A stretch of 54,767 nt of DNA from Reclinomonas americana ATCC 50394 (Eukaryota), in assembly GCA_048213135.1 (NCBI GenBank), contig PS015055.1, forward strand, positions 26,823 through 81,589, read 5' to 3'. Below, one piece after another: positions 14,101 through 29,100 of this stretch (within the stretch, counting starts at the first letter, position 1; every line of letters starts with the position of its first letter). The position numbers and the translations under genes were made by a program. Under the pieces are notes generated by a model. The model was not told the origin of the DNA. It did no database searches and was given only the letters and a program-made list of their open reading frames with translations.

Positions 14101-17100
14101 AGTTCCAGCAGGATTCAGACCATCGTCGTGGTCATTGTCCGCCTCATTGAAAACACTTGGAAGCACATCGCACAGAGTGGACCAAATAACATGTGGGTTC
14201 GTTCCGTCATCAAGGACAACGTTTGCGACAAAGCCGAGCAATGAAGTTGACTGATGGTCAACATCTCGGTCTGTCGAATTGCCGAACCTAGCTACACAAG
14301 CAAACGCTTCCTCAGCAGCTGCTGGGAGAACCGGCGAACCAACCAGCATATCAGCACAAGCCACCAAAGTCGGTCGCCACGCAGACCCGTGTCCATACGA
14401 TTCCTCATGAGCAGCGTCTACAGTTTGGGCTGCCATCAAATTGAGGTGCAGCAACAATTCAGCACCGCTACCTTCCGGAACGGTACTCATCACCGAATGT
14501 ACCATGAAATGTCGCAACGCAGTCAGACGAAGTCGCCACCAGCAAGAATCGACAATGGTGTGAACACCATCAACCCAAGTCTTGCGGGCTGCAGGATCAA
14601 ACTGCGTGGCAGCCTCACGAACTCGCGCACCAAGATCGTCACGACCCACAGTCCGTTGTATGAGCGACAACAGTGACCGGGAAGGAGGAGTCAATTGCTC
14701 GCGTGACACCAGTCGGTCGAGCTGGCGGGCAACTCTCTGAGGCAGTGAACATAATTCTTCCACCAAATCGGCCCCCTGACTTGTTGCACGCTCCCGCAAA
14801 CTGGCGACGACTTGTCGAGTCTCGCACGCCTGCCACTGCTCTGCAAGCGCAGTTGAGAGCCACGGGGCAAGCAAGTCAACCTGTTTCATCAATTCCTCAG
14901 CATATGCGAGCAGCGCTCCTTCTTTCTTGGCATTCAACGACCACAAGCCAAGCGTCATCTTCAGCACACCGGCGAGGCTGTCACGAATCTGAGCACGTGA
15001 TGTCGACAAGAAGATTGCCGAGCCAGTCAGCTCTCTACAGTCTGCATCCTCCATGGCGTCAATCCACGCATCACGGACAGCAGAAATAGTCCGAAGCACA
15101 GGCGACGGCGCGACTTGCATGCTCCAAGTTATTGGGTCTGTTGTCAAACACCCTGCGTCGTTCTTCATGCAAACCACAGCATCCGCATCGGCACTGAGCG
15201 CAGGGCACAGAGTCGACACTTGTTCAATCACCCAGGAGTGATGCTCTGCACAACAACGCCCAAAGACGTCGTTGGCGAGCCAGTAAAACACTTCATAACA
15301 GTCGCGGAAAGTGTATTTTAGTACGCCGCCTACTGGTTCAGGAGTGTCGTCCACCAACGACCGCAAGCCAGTAACACCAGCTTCAAACGTCGCAAGCAAG
15401 GCGCTGTACAGACGTCGGGACGACAGTTGTTGCAGATTCCTGACATCGGGTACGAGCAACAACTCAAGTGCAAGCAGAGCGGCTTGTGGAATTCTGTGTC
15501 GACCAAGACATGCACCTCCGATGGCAATTGCAGAGCGCAGAACGTCCTCAGCACAGTGCACACCATCGGCGAGTTGGGAGGCTGTTCTCATGCGACCTTC
15601 CAGCCTGGCACATTCCAACTCGTACTGCGATTCAGCAATTGTACCGTGAAGATGCTCGCGTGCTCGGTCGACTGCAGCAGTCAGCAAATCAATCCACGAC
15701 ACATCGGATGCAAGCATGTCCACAGCATCCGACAAACGGAACACTGCAGCACTCGGCGACGGACTTGATTCTGCTGATCGTGGAGAAGCCATGTTGTCGA
15801 GCACAGTGAACACCAGTCGAACAGAGTTGGAAAAAGCAGTGACAGGTGCCTCGCCAACTTCTGGGCTGTTGAACTTGTTTCTTGGAAGTTGTCCATCACA
15901 CGACAACTGTGCCACGTTCTCCAACACTGCCAGCAGTCGCGACTGCGCAACAAGCGCGTCAAAGAGTACACAAATCTTCTCGGACGGGTTCGCGAGACGA
16001 TCCCGATCGGCAGACGGTACCACTCTGCCTGTGATACGAACAACAAGCGGTGGCGCCTTGTCGACAACAATAGCTCCGAGGCCGACACCGCCGTCTGCTG
16101 AAAACGAAAGTACTCGTTCGTTCGTTCCAATCATCAACCGCTTCACAAACGGTCCATCAGACAGAGAGCTAAGATTAACAGTTCCCTGAATCATAAACTC
16201 CTGCCCGGGTCGAATTGGATGGGACGATTCCAGACGGGTCAAATGCACTGACACTCCGTCCGGAGGACTGATAATCCAATTCAACAAAGCATTTCCGCGA
16301 TTGCACAGCATAACCGTGAACTGCGCACCCGCCGTGCTCTCGCGCGTCACGTCACCCAGATTGATCGACGCCCGCTCGACGACGGCAAGTGGGTTTCCAA
16401 CACTGCACTTGAGTCGCTTCGTACACATCACACTTGTTATTGGACAGAGGGCAGTAACGTCCGTGTCGAAGGTTTCGTGTGACGAAGTCGGGATCCAAGA
16501 TACGCCAACTTGGACTGGCTGGTATTCATACGATCGACCTCCAACTCGTTGCGGCGGTAGCAACGCAGAAGTGGAGTGAAGCAGAAGGCGTGAATCTGTC
16601 GATGAGAGCGACACAGTTGTCGGCATCGATCCACGGTTCATCAGTGTCACGGTGCTAGTTGCTGCAGGCAATGACCATGGCCCATTTCCGGTCAATGTGA
16701 CCAAGTTCAACTGCAGAGAATCGCTGCCGTCAGAGTAGAAAGCGACGACTGGGCGACCGGAGCGGAACGTCAGTGGAAGGACCCAACGACGATAGCCGTT
16801 TGCCACTGAGACAGTCAAATTACAGTTCATAACAGTGACTGCTGTGTCAGACACGTGTCTGCGCAACGCTGTGACAGTCAATGTTCGGTCGCAATTGGGA
16901 GCAAGCTGACCTCCGAGAACATCAACGGACATATCCACCTCTGTCGACATGCGCGCGTCAATCACCGGTCGTACATCGGCAGTAAATTCAAATGGAATGA
17001 TGCCCGTGTTGCGCAGAACGAGCTGCAGTGTGCTCGGCTGGCCGCTCAACACCGTTTCGGCAACAAGGGACTGACTGTCTGTCACCACTTGCTCACCCAG

Positions 17101-20100
17101 TCGGAGCTCGCACCGCGGAACTGCCACAGTCGCATTCAGCGCAATGTTGAAGAATTTGTTCTCGTTCATGAACACTTGCAGCAAGCCTTTGTGCACTGCC
17201 TGTTGCAACCCAGAACACCTGAACCCAACCGCAACGTCAGTCGTAGTTCGTGGCCTCAACACGAGCTGTTCATCGCCTGGAAGGAAAAACGCGCCGACAC
17301 TGCCAGTCCCATCAACACCGCGTGCGCCGAGTCGAAGCTTGATCAACACAGGAACGTCAGTGGTGTTGGCCACCTTCACTGCCCGTCGAACCTCCGCACC
17401 GGTCACAGAAGCGTGTCCAAAGTCCAACTCTTGTGTGTCAAACAGCAATTGCAACGATTGCACGTTCGCCTTCACCACAATGGAGATGGTGGACAGGCGG
17501 CCGTCACTCTCGAGCACAAGGTCATACGCGGTTGAATGCAGACCAGGAACGGGAGCCACAGATTCGACGACAAGGTCAGTGTGACTGCTCGGTCCAAGAT
17601 AGCCAGCTGCTGGTCCCACAGCGATGGGAGAATCACCAACGTCCACGTCGCCTTCGCCGTCGCGGCGTCTGACCACAGAGTATCGGATACCCGCGCGGAC
17701 GGAGGCGTTCTCGACCTTGATTACACGACGTGAAATTGCCGGCTGTTCGCACAAGCGCGTATCCAAGTCAATCATCAAATTGTTTCGGCTGCACACGAGT
17801 TCGCCTCGATCCGAGATGTCGATTTGCAGAGACTCGGCGGAGTGCATAGCAGCAACGAACTGGTCCATCAATACTTCGTCGGGGGGAAGAACACCAGACG
17901 CCAGCGCCATTGTCTCAAATGCTGAACTGGCATGTTTTCCACCATCTAGTTGCTGCGTGACACCGTCCAGAAGCTTGTCTGATTCCGCAACAATGCTGCT
18001 CGCTCGTGATTGCTCGAGGAGAAGGGCGCGCGATTGATTATTCACAGCTGACCGCTGGAATACAGTGGTGCGAGCAAAAAGGAGCTTGGGAGTCTCTGTA
18101 GTAGACCGCGAATCTGGACGCCAAGAGTTCACAGTCGCCAGATCCATGTCAGACCGTACCTCAACGCATGCACGACGGTACAACAGCGCCAACAGCAGAT
18201 CCAAGTCGACATAGAGTCGCAGTAGTCGCGGAGCAAGGGTCAGCAGCACTTCGGAGGTGCAGTGTACAGCTTGTTTCATGTCCGCCGTACCCAATTGCGA
18301 AACTCTGAGACTCTTGTTGTAGTCGGTGACACGCTCAAATAGTTGTAACTGTCCTCCAACAGTTACCATACTGCGATACTGGTCGGCAAGCATGCCAACT
18401 CTGGTGAGTAGCTGCTCGGCCAGAGCTGGCCACTCGCGCAGCGTGCGTTCAATTAGTTCAGCACTGCGACCGTTGAGGCCATCAGACAAACCCTGATACA
18501 CAGTGTTGAACAGGTTAACAGCTTCGGCAGTGGTCGAGCGACAATCGCGCATCCACTGATGCAGCGGCCAGTTGCCGTACTCTTTCCTGTCCTCTTCCCG
18601 TGCTCTGGCCGAAGACGTTTCGGGGTCTTCGCGAGTTTCCTCACGGGGCCGATCAAGTTGTGGTCGCGGACCAAGGTCCTTAGTCAAGGTAACAAGCTCT
18701 TTCACCGCCTCCTTCACCGTCTGCACTGTTGCGTGGATTGTACTGATATCGAAAGCCATGCTTTCGTCCTCAGCGGCTGGAGATGGCGTCTGGCGAACTG
18801 CAGCAAGCACCGTCATCCATACAGCCGCTATTGGGAAATCGTCACAGTCATCGCCGCGAGGTAACGGAATTTCCATGCGACGATTGGCATAGCGCGGATC
18901 TCGCTGCTTCCAGTGCCGTACAAAATCGGTCAGTGGATGCGACAGAACCACACTTCGAGTGCCAACAGTAAACGTGAACTGCACGGATGCCGTACGGAAG
19001 TCGCCAACTTGAGGACGCACAAGCTTGTAATTGTTGGCATTCCCACCAATGATTCGCCACCCCTTGTCACGCGCACTCCATTCAATGACCAACTCGGGTC
19101 CCACTCTCACAACCTCAGCATCAGATGAGCCGGGTTTCACAGAGATTTGGAGATAAACCGTAGACGAAGTGTGTGCAGGCGCATATGCCGCGCTCGCACG
19201 AAAAGACAACTGGCTCAGTAAGACGGACTCCACAAACTCGAAATTCAACTGCACAGTCTCCGCTGGTCCCATCCACCGTGCAATTTTCTCGTCGCACGAT
19301 TTCACGTACGTGTCAAGCTCGACAGCAAATTTTTCGAGCACACGGTTGTCTCGCTGAGGCTGCAGAAGCCAGTGTACGATGCTGGAGCCTGCTGTTGACA
19401 GCAGCAGCACCCGCTGGCGGATGGCGTGGCAGCGCTCGTCATACCGTTGAGTTTTTTGCCGGTATTCTGCTTCAGCCTCCTCCGCTTTACGTCTGAACAA
19501 GTTCATAAAGTCGTCCCACCGCTTCTTCAACCAACTCCGTGCAGCTTCAAAGCGCTTGTCCAACACGATCTCTACACCATCGGACCACGATCGCCAGGCT
19601 GCGTCAACAGAGTCAACACACTGCCGTATTTCAGATCGATCCGAGAGCAGCGCAAGAGACTCGGTCGACAATGTGCGCAGCATATCTGTCAAGAATGAGT
19701 GCTGCGTCGCCGTCACACGGTGGCGGAAACCGTCAATGTCGCGAAGCAGTTGCGAGACCCGTCCAAGATCAGCAGTGAATTCTCTTTCGGCCTCTACAGC
19801 TGACAGCAACATGAGCTCCCGCCCACGTTCGACCAAACGGCCGAGGTCATCCAAGAGTGCAGCTGCTTGCGGATTGGCAACACTGTGCGGTACAAGAACC
19901 TGCGTGTATCCTGCCACAGCTCGTCCAACATGACCACATGCGTCTGCCACAGCCAGTGCCACAGTGCTTGGAGTAGCAATTGCAGATCGCAGTTCGTCGG
20001 TGGTCAACACGGAATAATCTGGAACCTCATCGGCGAGGCCACCGCTGATGTGCATCACAAACTCACGTCGATCTTCCAACTCATACAACTTGATCACATC

Positions 20101-23100
20101 TGTGCGCACCGTGCGCGCTGCAGCATCTACCGTGTCACGAACTCTGGTCCGAGGCATCAGCTTGGTGTATACAGCGAACTCGACGCTGTAAAAGTTGGCC
20201 ACCGCTGAAACGAAGTCACAGAAGAACTCCCTGCACGCGAGCTGCAGAACCGTCACTGCTTCGGTTGAGTTTCGTCGCAGACGCTGTACTTCTGCCACAA
20301 GTGACAACATTTGCTGCATAAGCCCGTCAAGGCGACCGTCTCGAGCGAAAACACATAGCGCATCTCGCACAAAGTACCGCAGTCGTTCAGAAATGACACC
20401 AGTGTGATATGACGCCACAATCTCAGAAGACGGAAGCGCTGTCCGACGTATCAAGCCACTGAATCCCTCGAGAACAGGAAGAAGAGCCCTTTTCTCGTCC
20501 ACCGTTGCGTCATGTTGTTGACAGACAGAACGCGCAACTGATGACAGGCTGAGAGCCAACACACTCGCAGAATACGCGGGCTGCAGGAACAAGCTCTCCA
20601 AGGTGTGCGCACCGAGTCTTGCGTCAAGAAGAAGCACAGATGGCGACTGATGACACTGGAACAACCAGAAGTAAACACTGCGCTGCAGCGTTGTACCCAA
20701 GCCGTCAATTGTTATGCGCGATTGCTCCAGCTCGTGAACAAGTTTCGGCGCCTCCATGCCAAACACATTGGTCATGGAAAACGGTGATTCAGACGCAATG
20801 TCGAGTGCGGCACACTGTGACTTCAAGCTTGCGGTAAACGCAGACAACTCTGGAAGTGGCGAGCGGCACCATTGCTGCAGCAGCCGTGACATCACCAGAG
20901 ACAGTCGACGGACACAAAGTCGGAGCATTTGCACTGTGCTGCTGAGGAACGGCAAGTCGTTTGCAGTGGGACTGTCGACAACATGTTGCAACGCCACACA
21001 CCGCGCCCACTGCTGCATAGCCTCCTCTGCAGACAGCACAGGTGTAGCGTCACTGTCAGTCAGCGACTGCCCGATCTGTCGAACCAAAAGGCGAATGCTG
21101 GAACCCATGTCTCGCAAAGCAGGGGCGCGCTCCACAGCCAGATCACAATCTTCCTTTTGCGCAATAAGCCTGCGCACACAGTGCAACAGAGCGCTAAATG
21201 TCTCTTCCAGTGCGGAACGGCCAAGCTCAACACAAGCCAAAAGTCTGCGCACTCCGATTGCGATACCGTCTACATCCTGCAACAGGACCGCGAGAATCTG
21301 CGACACATCTCGTGCGGCGTCAGCAAATGCCGTGGACTGGAAAGCGGCAATTGTCTTGCCAAGCACATTCGCGCTACGTTGCAAGTCGTCCACAGACGGC
21401 CCCAGTCGACACGAAACACACCCAATCACTCTCTCAGCAGCAACTGCCGGCAACAAACGAACAGTTTGCATCTCACTGCGCTCAACGTCATCATCTTCGG
21501 CGACACACGATCCAGCGTACAGGTTGTCCTCCATCGGGCTGACAGCAAGGGCCATAAGTCGATCCATGCACTGAGCCAATTTGGAGCACATGTCCTGCTG
21601 CTGCTCAAGGCGTGCCTGAGCAAGCTCACCGCGTACACCGTCAATTTGAGCCTCAAAGTTCGCCTTGCTGACCAACGCTCGCTTTCTCTCTTCACGAGCG
21701 GGGCCGAGGTAGAGGCGCTGATACTCTTGAATCTGCGAAGACAGAGCCTCGAGCTGTTGAACAGCGCGTTCACTCCGCCCTCGCGTTACAGCGCCTGTTT
21801 CCGTCTCGAGTCGAAGGCGTTCAAATGCCTCGTTATCCATCTGTACGTGGCGTTCATAACGCGCAACCTCGGCATCGTGACGTCGAACAATGTGCTCACA
21901 GGCAGTCAACTGACTCTCCAAGTCAGCCAACCGTTGCATCAGTCTCTCCACGCGCTGCGTCGGGGCGAGCGATGCTTTGCTGAAGGCCAGCAGATCGTGA
22001 TTGCGAAGAGCACCTCGCATGCGCTCCCACATCATGCGAGCCGCATGGACCAGCATGTGCGAGGAGAAGACACTCAACGGCAAAAGATCCGACACATGTG
22101 CACTTGGCGTGAGTAGCAATGCAGCAGATTCTCGATCAGCAGCAACATTGCGTACTCGATCAACAAATTCCGTACTCTGTCCCACAAGCTCATTGCTGAC
22201 ATCGCGAAGCACACTGCGCCAACCGCCGTCATTATGGTCAAAGATGCCTACTCGACGGCTGCTGGTACCGACATTTGGCACACCGACACACAAGCTGGAG
22301 AACAGCGCACCCAGTGAACCCGGTGGCAGACGATCAGATGTTGCGTCGAGAGCAGTCGCCGCAGCACTTGCCGTCACCATCGATGAGTTGGTGAACAAGT
22401 CAACTAACAGACACTCTTGGTGATGTAGTTGCATCAATGTTACCGTGTCTTCCGGTATCAGCAGCATCGCTACATCGCGCCAGTGCAGCACCGACGGGAC
22501 AAGCAACGATTCGTCAGTTTTGTTGAGGATCTGTCCAGATGTGAACACACTCTGGCGACGTCTGCAAACATCGTAAAGATGGACGAGTCGCGGAAGCGGC
22601 AAGGCAGCATAGCCGGCCGGCAGTTCGTCATCGTCACCATTGGAAACACCAAGTTGATCCACCACAGCAGACATGTCGCCAGTAACGGAGCGCAATGACA
22701 GGTGTGACAACAATGGGATTGTAGAACGACTGGGAGACACAAGGGAGTCGACCAGAGGGCGGTGGAATGTTTGTAGCAACTCCAGCAGGCAGTTCAGCAG
22801 ATGGCCGTCAGTGACAGGTGAGTCAAGTGCGCGCGTAAAGCGCTGCGACACATCCAGAGAGTGCCGAGATGTCACCATCGCACGTAGGTGCCTCGCGTCT
22901 TCAGCAATAATCGACTGCCCTCTCGCAACAGTGAACGCAGCCATCCACAATTGCTGAATGTACGACTCAGACTCAGCTTGTTGCATCCACAGAGCAACAG
23001 CATCGCTTGACGGGATCTTGATGTTGACAGTTGTCTCGAGATGTTCAACGTAGTGGAGGAGCACCTCACGGTCCGCCCTTGTAGCGTTGCTGTCACCAAA

Positions 23101-26100
23101 GTCTCGAGAGATAGCGATGGCCCAGCCGTCGGGTGGAGATGGCGCAGGAATGCGGTCACGGAGATGGCCCCGACGAATCGCATCACGAACCAGAGCCGAC
23201 CGCGCAGCAGTGAGAAGTCTCACATCTTCGTCCAGACGCATCTGGATCTTGTTGATTAACAGTGCCAGGTAACTCAAATCCACCTCCAACAACGAGTCGT
23301 CAGCCTTGAGTCGCGCATACAGTGATGCGATCTGCTCAGAAATGGACGGATTCGGAAGCGGTGAGGTGGCGACTCTCTGCTGGAGTCGCTCAAGACGTTG
23401 AAGAAACTCGAACTTTTGTTGCTCCAGTCTCTCCTTCCGCTTCGAGTGCTCGCCAGAGCCGCTGCCGACCATTGATTCTCCATGCGCCAGGAGATCTGCA
23501 GCAACGCCGGTGCCGGCCACAGAACCAACAGAGTGCGAAGGTCTGGAACTGGCAGCGGTTCGTGAAGTGCCGTTATCAGCTGAGCCACCAGCTGCCCGCG
23601 CACGCATTCGATCGTCGTGATAACAATGCTCAAACTGTGCACGCAGCCGATCGCAGAGACGCTCTGGAATCAGCGTCTCGAGAGGCACTCGTCGGCCCAA
23701 CTGTTCCAGCTGGTCACCGTCCAAATGCTCACTGACAAAAGAGCGCACAGTCTCAAACTCAGCCTTGGCACGGGCATTCAAGTCGTCCAGCTTGAGAATG
23801 TCGAGCACAGCAATACCAGACTCCTGGTCGTGGCGAACAAGGTCCAATGTCTTGCGGACGCACAAAAACCACGCGTCAACAGCACAGCTCACATCGTGAA
23901 CCACCCGAGACAAGTCATACACGGCTGCACTGCGAACTGTCAAGCTCGTCACTTGCGCCATGACGTCATGCAGATCGCCAAGTCGCTCCACTGCACACAG
24001 CGCGCCATGCGCTCGAATCACAACTGAATCCTCCTCCAACTCCGTCAGAACTGGTTGCAACAATGGAGCCGTAGAAACAAGCCTTCGTGCTGATCGCAAC
24101 AGTGACACTTTGGCCACCACCGGGATCGATAACAACTTGGCCTTGTATGCACTGAGCTCGTCCTCTATCTGGCGACGTCGCTGGCTTGATAGGGCTTTCA
24201 CAGTCGACGAGTTCAGCAGCACACGACACATCTCAATGCGTTCAGGAGCGGCAATTCGCGAATTCTGCTGCCAAGTGAGAACATCAACCGCCTCACGCGC
24301 AAACTGCGTGGCGTCCTCCACTACGGAGTCCGCATATTGATGCGCACCATCAGCAACCGTTGGCGACCACACACGCACGTCACTAAGAACCGTCGACAAA
24401 CTGTGGCACGCGTCGACGTAGATCTGGAGCATCGCCGCCGCTGACTCGCCGTCAACAACAACAAAACTCTCGGAGCTCTCGACCCACGAATCGGCGCACG
24501 TCTTAGCAAGTGCTACCAGTAACAGAAGCTGTCCTGGCACGGATGCCTCAACGTTACCGTCACTACACTGCACATCAACTACGTTGATGTTTGGCGCTGA
24601 CTGCACACCAGTTGGAGAGGGCACGTCACCATCTTGTGCGTCGACACCGGCACCGCCACGAAGAGTAGTCACAACCGAGTTGATGCAGGCGTCTGCAAAC
24701 CGTGTTGTGCGATTGTAGTCTTCGGTGTGGCGGAATTTCGAGTCGAGGCGAAGATGCCGCACAACAGATACAGTAAGTTGCTCACCACGACCTCCCACTG
24801 AGAGTCCGTCAGCGTCCACAAAGTCGTAAACAAGCACCGACATGGACGAATCGGGGGCACCTGACTGGGCAGTCACTTGTGCGACTCGTGGAAGCACCAA
24901 GAACTGAACAAGGCGTGATCCTGGCACACAAATCTCAGCCTTCGTGGCCGCCGATGCCAACAGCACATTTCTGTCCGAGGACACGGCGCATTGGAGAATC
25001 TCTACGACTACGCGACCGTTGTCAGCGGCAGCTGCTCGTTGTACACGGTGAGTGGGTGACTGCATACGCGTCGCAGCAGTGTTGCCCACCGCAGCGTGCA
25101 ATAAATTCACCGACTGCAACAGCCTACGGTCACAACAATGCAAGATCACCCACGGAGCATGGACAGCTGGAGTCACCCCAGTAAGCTCGTCCCTGCTCGA
25201 AAGCGCTAAACGCAAGTGGCGCAGCAGTGCGGTTCCCTGACAGGCAGTGATAATCAACTCCTGCAGACTGCAAGTGTAACCGAATGCAGCTCGGGAGGCA
25301 CCCAGTGAGGCGCAAATCTCCACTGCTGCCGCGCCCTGCTGCTGCACCACCGTCACCGCAGTGGACGACGCTGAAGCCGAACTACGTTTCTGCTCGAGAA
25401 CGTGAACAAGTTTCCTTCTGCTCTCCTCCGCAGCGCGGATTGAGTCCTGAGTCTGGCGTAACAACCGCTCACGGTCACTAGCCGTCTTCTGACTACGCCT
25501 CTCCGCCTCCAGCATGTTGCTGAGAGACACTTCGTAGTGCCGGAAATCCTGCAAACACTTTTCCAGTCGGCGAAGGGAATCCACCAAATCCGCAGCGACC
25601 CTCAGGACTGCAACAGCCTCTTGCTTCTGCTGCAAATCGCGCAAGACCACAGGCTTCAACAGTTCGCTGATGTGCCCCACGTGGCTTCCGTCAACAAAAG
25701 ATGTTGGCAGCGAAGCCCACATTGCCAGACGAGCGCTGCCAAGATCGGCAAAGGCCGAGAGAGTCGCAACCGACGGAACAACAGAGTCCTTGAGCTCTTC
25801 CACCAGGCGCACAAGCACGTTCCGACGGAGTACAGCACCGGCAGGTGTGCCTGATTCTCTTGCTGGTAAGCGTAATACCTTTTGCAGCATTGCTCCAACA
25901 AAGGCATGCGTCGTCGCAGTGGAACTCTTGTTGTGCACACCACCAGTGAGCTCATGCATCACATCCCCTGTGGACGAAACAAGCGTGGCGTCACACAGCG
26001 GGTCCAGGAGCTTGAGAAGGCGACGGAGCGCATGAAGCTCCTGTAGCGAGGTGGCCACCGCGGTCATGATACCGGGGTAGACTGCAGTCCCTCGCCGCTG

Positions 26101-29100
26101 CCAGACACTGTCACACACAAAGCCCACAAGCACGTCGCTGACAGCGAAGAGCCGTTGAAGAGACTGCCGCCGTTCAAGAGCATCACTGATCGACGCATAC
26201 AAGACGCAAGATACTGCAGAATCTGCGATACTACGCGACGCTGAGCACAAGCGAGTAACCGAAGTCATCAGCTGCTCATCGGAGCCGGGTCGCAGTTGCG
26301 GCACCTGCAGGATAATCGTCCTCAAGAGTGTTGTAACCGTGCGTAGCGAACGATGAGCAACGGATGACCCAGCGGCCCTGGCAAGCGCGTCCAAATCACG
26401 ATGCATTTGATCAACGGCAGTCAAAGTCGGTACTGTAGAGTCGGCACCTGCTGCCATCGACAAGAACAGAGTGCGCACACCAGGGACCACCAACTGCTCC
26501 AAACATCTGTGCACAAACGCCGCCACCTCGAGCACCACATCCTCCCTCTCTGTCGCATCTGCGCTTTCGCACAGATTGACAACTGCATTCGACAAGATGC
26601 GCAGCATCAGAGACTCCACCACAGCCAGCTCCGTTGTCATCGAGTCATGCTCAGCCTCCCACATGTCTTGGTGTTGCACAGTCGGCAATCCACGTTGATC
26701 CCAAGCACTGCTCGTGACAATGGCAGGCATCAAAATAAGCGGATTCGTGAACACTGTCTGCAAGTGCCGAAGAAGAAGCTGTCTCGCGTCAGAATGACCA
26801 ACTGGCAGTGGAGCCACATAAACACGAAGCAGGGCATAGGCCAAAGCGGAAGCGGGAGACACAGTTGCGCCTTCCTCTCGCTGCCCGCGAAGTATCCAGT
26901 TCACCATGCGGCACACTTGCAACAGGCTGCGAAACGTCACTGGAAACTCAGTTTGCCCCGCCGCCGAAGCAATGCGCTCTTTTCGACAGCGGACAGCAAA
27001 TGCGTGGAATGCCAGCGCGGCGACCACCAGCCGGCGACTCTCAGATCCAAGAACAGTGCCCAATACTCGCTCAAGTACACCACCAAGTTCCATCACTGCA
27101 CGTCCCATCGGCTCCGGCATTTGAGTCACCTCGGCCGGCAGCAGGACGTCAATTGGCGTTTGCACGAGAGACAAATCCACAGGCGCAACATTCAACCGAA
27201 TTACACGATTCATGAAAGCCGGTGACAGTTTGAAACCGTGCAGAAGGTTGATATTTGCCGAGAAGAAAATACGGAAGTGCGGGTCAATGCCACTCCCACG
27301 TGTGAGCTCCTCGCCGTCTTTCTCCATCACATTCAGGAACGGATTGTCCTCCAACAACGAGTTCAGTCGCTCAATGACTTCCGGCGGCGCACAGTTCACA
27401 TTGTCCAACAGCACCCAGTCACCATTGCGCACAGCTGTCAACAGCACTCCTTCAACGAAGGCAAACCGCATGCCGGAAGACGCAGACTCGGCAAGCTTCC
27501 TCTCCAAGTCACTACTCATGGCCCGCAGCCGTGTGAGCGACATCGCGAGAATCTGCTGGCAGGGAAGCTTGGCCAGCTCACCCTTGCACAGTTCCATCAC
27601 AGCAGTCACACTGGCGGCAGCTTGCTGCAACCCAACCTGGAAGGCGCGCGCGAGACGACTCAGACGATCGGCAGACGAAAGGTGGCCACTGTCATCACTC
27701 TGTCGTTCGTCGTCAGCAAGTTGCCCGCGTGACAAATTCTGCATACAGCGCTGCACCACCACCACGTTCGCCAGTTCGTCAAGAAGTGCCACTGCAGAGC
27801 CACTCACTGCAGTTGTCGCATTCACTCCGGGCTGCAACAGCGCAGGAACCAAGTGTGCCAAAATGCTCTCGCAGGCGACCGTAAGCAAATCAGCGGCTTG
27901 CAGACAATGACGGGACACCGACTTGATACTCTCGGGTTGTTGCGGTGCCCACTGTCCGAGCAGATCTGACACTTCCGTATCATGATGCATGGACACAACA
28001 TGTAGGTGCCGCCGGCAGAGCCGGGCGAGCTCCGTGACCAGGCCAGTCTTCAGCGAACAAGTATCTCCGACGTACAGAACTGGCTTTGCCGCACGAACAG
28101 CAGCAGCAAGACAGCGTAGCTGTGAAACCGTTGACGGAGTATGAACCAGGGTCGCACTGTGATCCTCAGCAAGTCGTCGACTACGGTCGAGTTGCATGAC
28201 TGGGCCTCGCTCGAGATACACCGTGTCGATGCGAACAAAGTCATCGAGTATGTCAATACTTGGTTGCCCGTGAATTTGCAACACAGAATCAGCGACTGCA
28301 AGATGCTTCTTCAGCAAACTGCGAACACGGTCTTGGTCGGCCACATCAGACAGTCGCCGGGCAAACACAATGTCCAGGAGACTCAACAGCACAGCAAGAC
28401 GAGCGTCGGAATCTTCAGTATGCGTAGATGCTGCAGGCAAAGAAGGCGAAGCAGCAGCACCAGCCGCTGCACTTGGAGTTCCCACCGTCACAAAGTCGGC
28501 CGCAGACATGGCATCGGTGGCTGCTTGAGCATTCATAGCCAGATGCGCTCGCATAGCTGGGGCATTGCCGTACACCAACGCCACAAAGTTTTCGATGTCA
28601 CGCAAATTGAAGCTAACATGCTCGTCAGAGCGTGCAATCTCTCGCAGCTTGATGAGCCTGTTGACTTCTCGCATCACTTCCAACACACGGGCCAACTGCA
28701 GTTCCGACAGAACACCTTGGTGGTCCGCACCGTCCAGCAGCCCAGCAGTGCGCGCCATCTGAAACGCCACCAGAAGCAGTTCGCGCTCATCATACTCGTC
28801 GAGAGTCACCCGTGAGAAATACGCCAACACGGAGCGTGGCAACTTGCTGCGGCCACCGCCGATTGACTCTGGATTCATCGTGGCAAACACGCGAACCGAC
28901 TCGCCAATGGGCAGCCGCTCCTGCGTGGCGCGGCAAACGAAGAACCTTGGCGTCGACGCACGACTACCAGCAAGAATAGACAAGAGAGGCGAGAGCTCCT
29001 CCAACACCTCAGCCGGCGCGAGATTGAGTTCGTCGAGGAGCAGCCAAGAGCCGGCACGAATACCAGCCAGCACGCGACCGTCACGCCACGAGAACTCTCG

